From NCBI GenBank assembly GCA_965279375.1, contig OZ257156.1, positions 2,880,001 through 2,944,000 of the forward strand: DNA of 64,000 nt, written 5' to 3'. A program made the position numbers and the translations under genes. Positions within the stretch are counted from its first letter, which is position 1; every line of letters begins with the position of its first letter. The notes below the pieces were generated by a model. That model saw only the letters and a list, made by a program, of their open reading frames with translations. It did not search any database and had not been told where the DNA came from. Source of the DNA: Gemmatimonas sp. (GTDB lineage Bacteria > Gemmatimonadota > Gemmatimonadetes > Gemmatimonadales > Gemmatimonadaceae). Below are positions 18,489-29,279 of the stretch, piece after piece.

Positions 18489-18647
18489 CGTCCGCGAAGG
18501 GGCGTCTTAACGCCGCCACAAATCGCACGTCTTCCTGAGTGACCGCAACACTGTTTCAACGAAGCTGACCTGCTCGATAGCCCAACGCGTTTGCAAGCAC
18601 GAGGGCGCCAATCGAGGGTCGCGTTCACTCCTCAGGAGGGTAGTCAC

Positions 18648-19043
18648 ATGCGTCGTCTACTTGTCACTCTTGGCCTCGCGCTCATCGCGGCACCGGTCGT
18701 TGCACTCCACGCACAGGCGCCCGTGCGGCGTGAAGTGCGTCAGCTGCATCGCGAGCAGCGCGATCTGCGTCAGTCCACCGTCGAACGTCGTCGCGACACG
18801 CGCGACCTCGCGCGCCAGTCCGCACAGCTGGGCGCCGCGCAGCGCGATCGACGTCATGCTGTCGCGACGCAGGATCCGGCAGCGATCCGTTCCGCCACGC
18901 GCCGCGTGCATCGCGAAGCGCGCGACGTGCAGCTGGCACGGCGTGAAGTGCGACGGGATACGCGTGAGGTCCGCGGCGATCGTCGGGACGTGCGCGGCGA
19001 GCGTCGCGACGTGGCGAGAGTGGTCCACCGTCGGCATCGCTAA
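18648..19043 (+). CDS. Secreted Arg-rich heptad-repeat hypothetical protein
   Basis: AGGAGG RBS, signal peptide MRRLLVTLGLALIAAPVVALHA, repeats RREVRRD/TREVRGD/RRDVRGE, followed by a terminator. Confidence 0.8.
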   Translation: MRRLLVTLGLALIAAPVVALHAQAPVRREVRQLHREQRDLRQSTVERRRDTRDLARQSAQLGAAQRDRRHAVATQDPAAIRSATRRVHREARDVQLARREVRRDTREVRGDRRDVRGERRDVARVVHRRHR

Positions 19044-19077
19044 CGTCGAGGACGCGGTCACGCGCTCGAGCAGAAAC

Positions 19078-19113
19078 GCAAACGGGGGACGCCAGCTGGC
19101 GTCCCCCGTTTGC
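19078..19113. terminator. Probable bidirectional terminator; 36-bp perfect palindrome
   Basis: GCAAACGGGGGACGCCAG|CTGGCGTCCCCCGTTTGC lies between two convergent genes. Confidence 0.8.
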
Positions 19114-19135
19114 TTATCGCTCGTATATCAGTGCA

Positions 19136-22030
19136 TCAGCGTTCGATCTTGATGCCCAGCATGCCCCACGACTTGTAGGCTTCGAACGACGGATCGTCGC
19201 CGCCACCGCCGCGGTTCTGTCGATCGCCCACGTACGCGCGAAGCGGCGTGTTCGTCAGGTTGATGAACTCACCGAAGACCTTGATACCGTTGCGCACCGT
19301 GAACGAGCCAGACGCATCCACCTGGAAGCGCGACTTGGTGCGCGTATCTGCTTCGGGTGAAGCCGGATTGATCGTGGAGAGGAACGCACCCGAGTAGTTG
19401 CCGCCGACGCGGAGCGAGAGCGGCCCACGGTCGAAGAACACGCCGAGGTTGCCCGCGTTACCGGTCTGGCCGGGGAGCGGCGTCTTCACGCCACTGCGCC
19501 CGCGCCCGGGGATTTCGGCGTCCGACGTGGTGTAGGTGTAGTTGGCATTCAGGCCGAAGCTGCGCAGGATGCCGGGCAGGAACGTCAGGTTCTGCTGCCA
19601 TGCGACTTCGAAGCCGTACAGATTGGCGGTGGGACCGTTCACCGGCTGCGTGATCTGCGTTGCGTCGGGTCCGACGGCGTCGCTGGCGGTGCGGGCGCGA
19701 GAGATCGGGAAGATGAAGTTCTTGAGCGACTTTGCGAACGCCCCCGCCGCCACGAAGCCGACATTGCGGAAGTAGCGCTCCACCATGAGATCGTAGTTGA
19801 TCGCCGTGGTGGCTTCCAACGCCGGGTTACCGATGCTGGCCGTCTGCTGACCGGCCTGCACATTGAGATAAGGCACCATGTCGTTGAACTGCGGACGAAC
19901 CAGCGCGGTGGTGACGGCCGCCTTCACGTTGGTGTACTCGTCCACGCGCCACGTCGCGTTGATCGAGGGGAACACGTTTGCGTAGCTCGCCGTGCCGGTC
20001 GTGTCGGAGATCGGACGCGTCAGTGCAGTACCGGCGGCGTTGAGCGCGACGACCTTCGCGGTGTTCTCCACGCGCGTGGCCTCAACGCGCACGCCCGGCA
20101 CGATGCGCAGCGGGCCGGCGTCGAGTGTGGCCATCAGGTAGCCCGCGAACACGTCTTCGCCCACGGAGTACGACCCGCCAGCGGAGACCGTCTGCGACGT
20201 GAGTGCATTCACGGTGAACGCATTCGGATTCGCCTTGATGAAGGCACGCATGCGTTCCGGATCGAACGTGCGGCCGAACTGATAGCGGTTGTCGAGGATG
20301 GACCGCCCGGAGGACTCGGTCGTCAGCGCGGACATCAGCGTAGCCGCGGTCGCGCCCGCACTGTTCGTGCCGATGGCGTTGGTGTAGGTGGTGTTCTGCA
20401 ACGAGTTCGAGCGATTCTTGAGGCGAGCCGAAAGTCCGCCCTTGATCGTGCCGATGAATCCACCAAACGAGACCGGCATGGACGCATTCATTTTGGCGCT
20501 CACGTCGTCGTCCTTGGTGTTGCGCACTTCACGCACCAGGCTGTTGAACGGGAAGCGCGAAGGATCGTCGAACGAGCCCGTCACCACGTAAGCCCGCGGC
20601 CGATCCGGCTCGGACACATTGTAGGCGAGCGTCATGTTGCTCTGCCGAAACGCCATGGTCAGCACGTCCGGACGCTCTTCCGTCGCGCGTGACGTCCCGA
20701 TGGCCCAGTCGAACGCCTTGCCGCCCGCGAAGTAGTGTTCGCCGCCCAACTGCGCGGTGTAGATGTCCTGAATGACTTCGCGGAGGCGGATGTCGCGGTC
20801 GAACTGCGAGCCGGTGGTGGTGCCGGAGTCCCCCGAGACCAGGTTCCAGCGCGAGCCTCCGCCGCCGCGGAAGCGGAAACGCGCACGAGCACGCACTTCA
20901 TCGTCGCTGAACTGGTTCCACGTGCCGCGCAGGAACAACTTGCTGTTGTTGCCGAGCAGGTAGTCGATGGTGCCGTTGGCACCGTTGCGCTGACGATTCA
21001 CCTGCGGATAGTCGCGGAACTCGAGCAGATTCGGCGCGTCGAGCGAGGTGAGCGACGCGTTGCCGGCGACGCCGCAGTTACGCGTCTGCGAGCACCAGTC
21101 GCCTTCGACGTTCTGCGACGCGCGATCGTTTCTGTAGAACGTGCCGCCGAACATCGCGCCGAACTTCTGCGAGGCGCCGAAGCGCTTGCCCGCGTTCAGG
21201 CCCGCGTTGATCAACGCGCCGCCGCCAAGCTGATTCTGGCCACCAGCGAACGTGGCGTTGAGCAGCGGCTGGTTCGCGCGCGCGGTGCGCGTGACGATGT
21301 TGACGTTGCCGCCGATCGCGTCGGCGTCCATGTCCGGCGTCAGCGTCTTGGCGATCTGGATCTGTGCTGCCTGGTCGGACGGGATCACGTCCATCGGCAG
21401 CTGGCGATTGTTCTGCTCCGGCGTGCTGACGCGCATGCCATTGAGCGAGATCGAATTCAGATCGGCGTTGGTGCCACGGATCTGTACGAAGCGTCCTTCG
21501 CCCTGATCGCGCACCACGGCGACGCCCGGCACACGCGCCAGCGCTTCGGCGAGGTTCGGGTCGGGGAGGCGCCCGACGAGTTCGTTGTCGATGACGCTCG
21601 AGATGGTCGACGAGGTGCGCTGCTGGTTGAGCGCGGACGCTTGACCGGCCACCTGGCCGCGCACCTCCACAGCGGCGAGTGCGGTGACCGCCTCCGTCAA
21701 CTTCACATCAAGACGTGCCGTGGCGCCGTTGGCGACCGTGACGGCCTTGGTGACCGGCTGAAAGCCGATGTAGCGGAACGTCAGCGAGCGACTGCCCACC
21801 GGAACGTTCACGGCGCGGAAGGCACCGTTGTCGGTGGCGGTGCGAATGCTCGTTCCATCGACGAGCACCAGCACGCCGGAGAGCGGGCGTCCCTTGGCGT
21901 CGGTGACGGAGCCGGCGACGACGCCCTGCGCGGCGAGCGGCGCGGCGGAGAGCGAGAGCAACGCGGCCGCACGCAGCACCAAGCGCGACGCGGTCAGTTG
22001 CGTGAGAATCCGAACAATGGGAGCGGTCAT
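19136..22030 (-). CDS. TonB-dependent receptor with N-terminal carboxypeptidase-regulatory-like domain
   Basis: Signal peptide, plug GRLPDPNLAEALARVPGV..DQGEGRFVQIRG, DADAIGGNVNI, GNPALEA, beta-barrel C-terminus. Confidence 0.93.
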   Translation of the reverse strand: MTAPIVRILTQLTASRLVLRAAALLSLSAAPLAAQGVVAGSVTDAKGRPLSGVLVLVDGTSIRTATDNGAFRAVNVPVGSRSLTFRYIGFQPVTKAVTVANGATARLDVKLTEAVTALAAVEVRGQVAGQASALNQQRTSSTISSVIDNELVGRLPDPNLAEALARVPGVAVVRDQGEGRFVQIRGTNADLNSISLNGMRVSTPEQNNRQLPMDVIPSDQAAQIQIAKTLTPDMDADAIGGNVNIVTRTARANQPLLNATFAGGQNQLGGGALINAGLNAGKRFGASQKFGAMFGGTFYRNDRASQNVEGDWCSQTRNCGVAGNASLTSLDAPNLLEFRDYPQVNRQRNGANGTIDYLLGNNSKLFLRGTWNQFSDDEVRARARFRFRGGGGSRWNLVSGDSGTTTGSQFDRDIRLREVIQDIYTAQLGGEHYFAGGKAFDWAIGTSRATEERPDVLTMAFRQSNMTLAYNVSEPDRPRAYVVTGSFDDPSRFPFNSLVREVRNTKDDDVSAKMNASMPVSFGGFIGTIKGGLSARLKNRSNSLQNTTYTNAIGTNSAGATAATLMSALTTESSGRSILDNRYQFGRTFDPERMRAFIKANPNAFTVNALTSQTVSAGGSYSVGEDVFAGYLMATLDAGPLRIVPGVRVEATRVENTAKVVALNAAGTALTRPISDTTGTASYANVFPSINATWRVDEYTNVKAAVTTALVRPQFNDMVPYLNVQAGQQTASIGNPALEATTAINYDLMVERYFRNVGFVAAGAFAKSLKNFIFPISRARTASDAVGPDATQITQPVNGPTANLYGFEVAWQQNLTFLPGILRSFGLNANYTYTTSDAEIPGRGRSGVKTPLPGQTGNAGNLGVFFDRGPLSLRVGGNYSGAFLSTINPASPEADTRTKSRFQVDASGSFTVRNGIKVFGEFINLTNTPLRAYVGDRQNRGGGGDDPSFEAYKSWGMLGIKIER

Positions 22031-22186
22031 GAACGGCGTTGAAGAGCGCGGGAAGGGATTGGTCGCCGACGGGTTCCTTACGGCGCGGTTAACTTTCCCC
22101 GGCTTTCGTCACGGTCTTATGCGCGGTTTGTCACGAACGTGTATCGCGCCGTTACATAAGTTTCGTCCCTCCCTCCGGTCCCGGAA

Positions 22187-22885
22187 ATGTCACGCCCCAT
22201 CGCACTCGTCACAGGCGCTTCGCGCGGCATCGGCCGCGCCATCTCGCTGGCCCTCGCCGCGTCGCACGACCTGATCGTCGTTGCGCGTGACGAGGCACAC
22301 TTGACTGAAACGGCGGAACAGTGCCGCGCGGTCGGCGCCGCAACTGAATGTATCGTGCTCGACGTGAGTGATGCGGTCGCTGTAGAACGGGCGCTCACCG
22401 GGCGTGTCGTGGACGTACTCGTGAACAACGCCGGCGTGGCGGTGCTGCGCCCGTTTCTCGACACTACACCGGCCGATTGGCATCGCATGGTCGATGTGAA
22501 CATCAACGCGCTTTTTCACGTGACCCGGGCCGTCTTGCCCGGCATGGTCACGCGCGGACGCGGTCACGTCTGCACCATCGGCAGTACCGCCGGTCGCAAC
22601 ACCTTCGTGGGCGGCAGCTGTTACGCCGGCACCAAACACTTTGTGATGGGCTTCGCCGAGTCGCTGATGCTCGAAGTGCGCGACGCCGGTGTGAGCGTGT
22701 CCGTCGTCATGCCCGGCTCGGTCGATACGGATCTCTTCCCGCCGGGCACCAACCGATCGTGGATGCTGGAGCCCAACGACGTGGCGCAAGCGGTCGCCTA
22801 CGTGGTACAGACGCCTCCGCACGTGCTCGTGCACCGCATCGAGGTGCGCCCGCTTTCCCCGAAGCGGCCGCGCGACGGCGCGTAG
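22187..22885 (+). CDS. Short-chain dehydrogenase/reductase
   Basis: TGASRGIG, NNAG, YAGTK (YxxxK). Confidence 0.92.
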   Translation: MSRPIALVTGASRGIGRAISLALAASHDLIVVARDEAHLTETAEQCRAVGAATECIVLDVSDAVAVERALTGRVVDVLVNNAGVAVLRPFLDTTPADWHRMVDVNINALFHVTRAVLPGMVTRGRGHVCTIGSTAGRNTFVGGSCYAGTKHFVMGFAESLMLEVRDAGVSVSVVMPGSVDTDLFPPGTNRSWMLEPNDVAQAVAYVVQTPPHVLVHRIEVRPLSPKRPRDGA

Positions 22886-23055
22886 CGCACGAGGGCCCGC
22901 GCTCTCTGCTCGCGGCCGCCCCCGCCTCTGCTCGGGGGCCGCAGCCGAACGGCGCGCTGGTGCGTATTCTTCTCAGGTGCGATCCGTGGCCAGAAGGCCC
23001 GTGATCGCGCATCGGAGCTACTTCGGTCCACCTGATTCGCCACTCGGCTACTCCC

Positions 23056-23394
23056 ATGCACCAACAGTCCCAACGCCAGCTGCAAGACCGTGTCACGGCA
23101 ATGACCATTCCCAACGTCCTGTCGGCGGCCGTTCGATTCTTCTCGCGGCGCGGTGGGGTCTACTCCGCGTTCGTCGAGTCGCAGGGACCGACGCACGTCG
23201 CACTCCGCGGGCAGGGAAACGAGGAGATCGTGATCGGCGCATACGCAGTACCGGGCGGCTCCCGCGTGACGGGAGCGAGCTACCTCTTCGACCAGCAGAT
23301 CGCCCAGTTCCTCGCGTCGCTGCCGCCCGCTGCGGCGGTGGAGCCGGAGCCTGAGCCGGTGGCGGATGCTGCGGCGGCCGGAGCGGTCGCATGA
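23056..23394 (+). CDS. Hypothetical protein (first gene of the Ubl-MoxR operon)
   Basis: Globular-looking core with a Pro/Ala/Glu tail. Stop overlaps the next start (ATGA). Confidence 0.7.
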   Translation: MHQQSQRQLQDRVTAMTIPNVLSAAVRFFSRRGGVYSAFVESQGPTHVALRGQGNEEIVIGAYAVPGGSRVTGASYLFDQQIAQFLASLPPAAAVEPEPEPVADAAAAGAVA

Positions 23395-23716
23395 GCGCGC
23401 CGTTCGTGACGTCGCTGCGCGCACGCTCGGCCACCATTCGGCTGGCCCCCGAGTCGAGCACGGCCGTTTGGACAGTCCGAGTGCAGGTGGCCGAGGTGTG
23501 GGACGCCGTTCGGGTCGAGGCGCTGCCGGGAACGCCCGTGCGTGAGGTGAAGCAGGCCGCCATGGTCGAGCTCACGCCAGACGTGGACGCGATCGACAGC
23601 TATGTGGTCAAGCTCGGCGGGTTCGAGATTCACGACGAAGGTCTCTCTCTGCAGGCGGCCGGTGCGGCCAACGGCTCCACGCTCCTGCTCATGGCGCGTC
23701 GGCGTCGGCCGGTGCG

Positions 23717-23720
<4 letters not shown>
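23391..23720 (+). CDS. Ubiquitin-like (beta-grasp) small protein, no C-terminal GG
   Basis: VRVEALPGTPVREVKQ...YVVKLGGFEIHDEGLSLQAAGAANGSTLLLMARR parallels ubiquitin ITLEVEPSDTIENVKA...[31 protein letters not shown]. Overlaps both neighbours. Confidence 0.7.
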
Positions 23721-24733
<1,013 letters not shown>

Positions 24734-24769
24734 CCTGCGCGCGATCCGCCGCGCGCCGCTGACCCTGAC

Positions 24770-25687
24770 GTGACGGGATCGTACGGCCCTCTCCTCGACG
24801 CACTTCGCGGCGTGCGCTGGCCAGCGCGTCGCGCCGTGGGCGCAGCGCTGCCGGGTGCGCATCGGTCGCGGCAGCGCGGCACGTCGGGAGAATTCACGGA
24901 GTACCGCCTCTATCGCCAAGGCGACGATCCCAAGCAGCTCGACTGGAAGCTGCTCGGCCGCAGCGATCGAGCGTTCGTGCGATTAACCGACGATCGCGCG
25001 CTCGTCTCGACATGGATCGTGTTGGATGGTTCGCTGAGCATGGCCTATCCCGCCGAGTCTGCGACGCTGCCTGCACCGTCACCAAACAAGTGGCGTACTG
25101 CGCGGTCACTTGCAGTCGCGCTGAGCGCGGTGGCCAACGCGAATAGCGATCCGGTGGGTGTGCTCGTTGCCAGCGCCGAGGGAGCTACGCGGCTCGCAGC
25201 GCGGACGCGTCGTGGCACCGTGGGCGAGATCGCGCGCACGCTGGACGGTTTGCGCTGTGGCGGCGCGCAGCCGCTGGCACCGCTCCTTGCGAGCGTTCCA
25301 TCTACGGCGCGCGTGGTGTTGATCTCCGATCTACTCGGAGACCTCGACGACGTGTTGCGAACGGCTGCGCAGCGAGCCGTGGCTGGCGCCATCGTGGAGT
25401 GCGTGCACGTCGTCGCCGCCGAGGAGGTCACGCTGCCGCAGGGGGCCTTTCTCGCGCGTGACCCCGAGGCGCCGGCGATCGCGCGTGTGCTCGAGTCGCG
25501 CGCGCAGGAGCGCTATCGCGAGAAGTTCGCCGCATTCCGCGCAGAGTGCGCGCAGCGATGGCGTGCGGTGGGCGCCGGCTACTCCGAAGTGCGCACGGAC
25601 GCGCCGCTTCCGCGCGTGGTGCGACAGATCGTGGCAGGACAGGGGCGCGTGGAGTCACGCGTGCACGATCACGGCGGTGGCTCGTGA
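24770..25687 (+). CDS. DUF58 (vWA-like) protein
   Basis: GAHRSRQRGTSGEFTEYRLYRQGDDPKQLDWK; MIDAS-like LDGSLSM; LISD. Confidence 0.92.
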   Translation: MTGSYGPLLDALRGVRWPARRAVGAALPGAHRSRQRGTSGEFTEYRLYRQGDDPKQLDWKLLGRSDRAFVRLTDDRALVSTWIVLDGSLSMAYPAESATLPAPSPNKWRTARSLAVALSAVANANSDPVGVLVASAEGATRLAARTRRGTVGEIARTLDGLRCGGAQPLAPLLASVPSTARVVLISDLLGDLDDVLRTAAQRAVAGAIVECVHVVAAEEVTLPQGAFLARDPEAPAIARVLESRAQERYREKFAAFRAECAQRWRAVGAGYSEVRTDAPLPRVVRQIVAGQGRVESRVHDHGGGS

Positions 25688-27045
25688 TGCAGTTTGCGCA
25701 GCCCTGGCTGCTGATGGCGGGTGTTGTGGGCGCCGCGCTCATCACCGCGCTGCACTTTCTCTCGGTGCGCACGCCCCCTGAGCTGCTGCTGCCCACCGCA
25801 CGATTTCTCGACGAAGGCGAAGTGCGCGCCGTGTCGCGCAGCGCGCGGCCGAGCGATCTCCTGTTGTTGCTTCTGCGCATCGCGGCGCTCTTGTTGGCTG
25901 CAATCGCGTTGGCGGGGCCGAGATGGGTTCCGGCGCGATCAGAGCGCCTGGAGCTGATCGTTGCCGATGCGTCGTGGCGCCGAGATAGCGCGACGCTCGT
26001 GCGTGCGCTTGGCCTGAGCTCGGGGCAAGCGGCCGCTTCGACCATCACGCGTTTTGTCTGGAGCGACTCGCTCGACAGCCACGGCCAACCTGCTGGCCTT
26101 CGCACGGACGTAGCGGCCGCCGTTCCCCTCGCGCTCCGCGCCGCGGCGCAGCAGCTGGCACTCTCGCCGGCAGTCGATTCTGTCGCGCTGCGCGTCGTGC
26201 TGCCAAGCGGCAGCGAAGCCGCGAGTCTCACCGCCGACAGCGCAGGGGTGTGGCGCGGATGGCGGGGGCAGTGGCCCGGCGCAATTCGCCTGTACGGTGA
26301 CTCCAGCCGGCCCGTGGCGGTGCCGGTGCGATTGCGATTCGACAGTGTGCGCGCCGATGATCCGGTGCGTGCCGCGCTCGCGTTGCGGGGAGGCAATGCG
26401 TCGTCGTCTGCTTCGTCATCTGCCCCGGCGCGACTGGTAGTCGTGCAGCGACAGCGCGGACTCGCGCCCGCGCGCGACTCGGCGAGCGTGACGATCGTGT
26501 GGCCAAGCGATGGCACTCCTGCTGGATGGACTTCCGCGAAGGACACCGCCGACGCGTTGGTGGCGGATAGTGTTGCCCTGGTGGGGGCGTGGCTGCGAGT
26601 GGCTCGTCCTCCGATTTCGGATGCGAAGGCGACGCGGCCGATTGTCTGGTGGAACGACGGGCAGGCGGCCGCGACTGAGCGAGTCAGTGGTGCGACGTGC
26701 GTGCGAGATGTTGGCGTGCCGCTCAGTGCGTCGAGCGATCTACTGCTCGACGAGAACGCGCGCGGCATGTTGCGTGCGCTGCTGGCGCCGTGTGCAACAA
26801 GCGCATCTGGCCTGCGGAGCGCGCCGGCCCTTCTTGGCGTCGACACGCTTGGCTCGTCGCGAGCTGCCGCTGCCTCAGCCCTTCGCGCGAGTGAGTCCGA
26901 CGCGACGGCATCGCGCGTGCTGACGATCGGGCTCTTGGTCGCAGCACTGCTGCTCCTGCTGGCTGAGACATTCGTGCGCACGCGCAACGGTGACGGTGAG
27001 AGCGCCACTGCTGCCAGGGCGCGTCGCGAGGTGACGGCCGCATGA
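25687..27045 (+). CDS. BatA N-terminal domain membrane protein
   Basis: MQFAQPWLL...ALHFL...PTARFL...LLLLLRIAALLLAAIALAGP; C-terminal TM LLLLAE. Confidence 0.82.
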   Translation: MQFAQPWLLMAGVVGAALITALHFLSVRTPPELLLPTARFLDEGEVRAVSRSARPSDLLLLLLRIAALLLAAIALAGPRWVPARSERLELIVADASWRRDSATLVRALGLSSGQAAASTITRFVWSDSLDSHGQPAGLRTDVAAAVPLALRAAAQQLALSPAVDSVALRVVLPSGSEAASLTADSAGVWRGWRGQWPGAIRLYGDSSRPVAVPVRLRFDSVRADDPVRAALALRGGNASSSASSSAPARLVVVQRQRGLAPARDSASVTIVWPSDGTPAGWTSAKDTADALVADSVALVGAWLRVARPPISDAKATRPIVWWNDGQAAATERVSGATCVRDVGVPLSASSDLLLDENARGMLRALLAPCATSASGLRSAPALLGVDTLGSSRAAAASALRASESDATASRVLTIGLLVAALLLLLAETFVRTRNGDGESATAARARREVTAA

Positions 27046-29279
27046 CCCAAGACCTGTCGTCTTCGCAACCAACTCGCCTCGCGAACGCGCCGACGCTCGT
27101 GCTCGATGACGTCGTGCGTACACAACGTGGCCTGCGTCGTGTGGCGCTCTTGCGATCAGCGCTGATTGGACTGAGCGCCGCGTTGGTCACGGTGTTGGTC
27201 GGTCTTCTGGTGGGTCGACTCGTGACGGTTCCGCCGATCGTGATTGTGGTCGGCGCGTTCGCGATGGCGCACATCGTTGGACTGTCGCTGGCTGCTCGAA
27301 CGGGGAATGTCGACCCGGTGCAGACCGCGCTGTGGATGGAAGAGCAGGCGCCTGCTGGCTTTGCGCTGGTCACGCTGGTGGAGCAGGAGGTGCAGGGTGC
27401 GAAGTCGGGAGCGATGGACGCTGCCGCAGCACAACGTCGCGAGCGGTTGGCCAATGCTGTCGTCGAAGCGACTGGCGGTTCTGCTCGCGGCAGCGAACGC
27501 ATCGCGGCCGCGCTCAAGGCCCTGCTGCTCTCCCGCCTGCGTGGACCTGCGCTCTTCCTGCACATCGCGCTCGTGCTGCTTGCCTGGCTGCTCATCGCCT
27601 CGCGACCGACGCAGGCTGCTGGTGCCGGCGCGAGCGCTGGACTCACGTCTTCAGGCGCCGAGGCCTCGCGCGCACCGCAGCCGATCGGCGCGTGGCGCGT
27701 GCGTATCGAACCACCCGCATACTCTGGGCAACCCGCACGCGACGCGGGCGACGTCGAGAATGCACGGGTGCTGGCGGGTACTCGCGTGATCATTGTTGGC
27801 ACCGGCGCACTCCCGGACTCGGCGGTCGCGCGAACGTTGGGAGACTCTGCCGCGCTTGCACTCACGTTGGGTACTTCGTCCGCATCCGGCGGCGCAGTAG
27901 TCGCGCCGGCGGTGGCGCTCACCGCCGCATCCGAAGGTTGGCGCGCGTCGTTGCTCGCGACTCCGGCGCCCACTGAATTGCGCTTCTCACGTGGGCCTAT
28001 GCGCCGACTCCTGTTGCTCGAGGGCTTTGCGGACTCGTTGCCGCGCGTGACGTTGGAGCTTCCTGCGCGAGACAGCGTACTGCGCCGTTCCAGCGGTTCG
28101 TATCCGTTGCAGGCGCGCGTGCACGATGACCTCGGCCTCGCGCGCGGCGCTTTCGAGCTGATTGTCAGTTCCGGCGAAGGCGAACGCTTCACCGCACGCA
28201 CCGTGCGCGTGGGAGCGCAGAGCTACGCGGGTGCACGCGATGCGCAGCTGCGCGCGGCGCTCGATCTCGATGCGCTCAAGCTGGGTCCCGGGGACATCAT
28301 CCACATCCGCGCGGTCGCGCGAGATGGGCTGCCAGACAACGCGCGCGAGTGGGGCACCAGCGAGACGCGTTCGATCCGCGTGGCGCGCCCCGCCGAGTAC
28401 GACTCGGTGTCCGTGGAGCCCGCGCCTCCGCCCGAGGTGGACAAGTCGCTGCTCAGTCAGCGCATGCTGCTCATGCTCACCGAGAAGTTGGAGAAGCGCC
28501 GACCCACGTTGAGTGCGGCCACGCTCGAGTCGGAATCGCGCGGGCTCGCGCGCGATCAAGCAAGGTTGCGCCTCGCGGTGGGTGATGCCGTCTTCCAGAG
28601 ACTGAGCGGTGAGTCCAGCGCCGAGCATTCGCATTCGGCTGGCGATGGGCATGACCATGGTGTGGATTTGATCGGCGGCAAGCTCGCTGTGCCCACGGGT
28701 AACGTGAGCGCAACCGGAATGCTCGAGGAAGGCGATGACTCGCCCGTCATCGGCATCAACAAGCCCTTGCTCGAGGCGTACAACGCCATGTGGGACGCGG
28801 GACGCGCGCTCGAGCTGGCGGATCCCAAGGGTGCGATTCCGCACATGCGCGTGGCCCTCGCGGCGATCGAGCGTGCGCGCGCCGCGTCTCGTTTGTACCT
28901 GCGTGGCAAGCCGCCCACGGTCATTCTCGATCTGAACAAGATTCGGCTGGCGGGGAAAGACACGGGCACTACCAACGCGCGCACTGTTCGGACCACCCTT
29001 CCGCCAACCGCGCGACTACGGGAAGCGCGACTGCTGCGGGCGGCGGATCTCGCGCAGCGCGACGTAGGCGCCGCGCGCGATACGCTGTCAATCATGCGCC
29101 TGGAAGTACTCGGCGACGACGCGGCCTTGGCCAGTGCTCTCGATGGCGCCATCGATGCGCTCCGACGCGGTGGCGACGCGACCGATGCGTTCGTCCGCGC
29201 CCGTCGCGTGATTGGCGGCGTGGCGCGTGGGGATGCGCGCTCGAGCGCGCCTACGTGGTCACGTATGGGGCCACCGTAA
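27042..29279 (+). CDS. Large membrane protein, DUF4175-like (3 TM, beta-rich domains, helical C-terminus)
   Basis: TM segments, IEPPAYSG, ARVHDDLGL, LKLGPGDIIHIRAVARD, His-rich EHSHSAGDGHDHG. Confidence 0.65.
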   Translation: MTQDLSSSQPTRLANAPTLVLDDVVRTQRGLRRVALLRSALIGLSAALVTVLVGLLVGRLVTVPPIVIVVGAFAMAHIVGLSLAARTGNVDPVQTALWMEEQAPAGFALVTLVEQEVQGAKSGAMDAAAAQRRERLANAVVEATGGSARGSERIAAALKALLLSRLRGPALFLHIALVLLAWLLIASRPTQAAGAGASAGLTSSGAEASRAPQPIGAWRVRIEPPAYSGQPARDAGDVENARVLAGTRVIIVGTGALPDSAVARTLGDSAALALTLGTSSASGGAVVAPAVALTAASEGWRASLLATPAPTELRFSRGPMRRLLLLEGFADSLPRVTLELPARDSVLRRSSGSYPLQARVHDDLGLARGAFELIVSSGEGERFTARTVRVGAQSYAGARDAQLRAALDLDALKLGPGDIIHIRAVARDGLPDNAREWGTSETRSIRVARPAEYDSVSVEPAPPPEVDKSLLSQRMLLMLTEKLEKRRPTLSAATLESESRGLARDQARLRLAVGDAVFQRLSGESSAEHSHSAGDGHDHGVDLIGGKLAVPTGNVSATGMLEEGDDSPVIGINKPLLEAYNAMWDAGRALELADPKGAIPHMRVALAAIERARAASRLYLRGKPPTVILDLNKIRLAGKDTGTTNARTVRTTLPPTARLREARLLRAADLAQRDVGAARDTLSIMRLEVLGDDAALASALDGAIDALRRGGDATDAFVRARRVIGGVARGDARSSAPTWSRMGPP

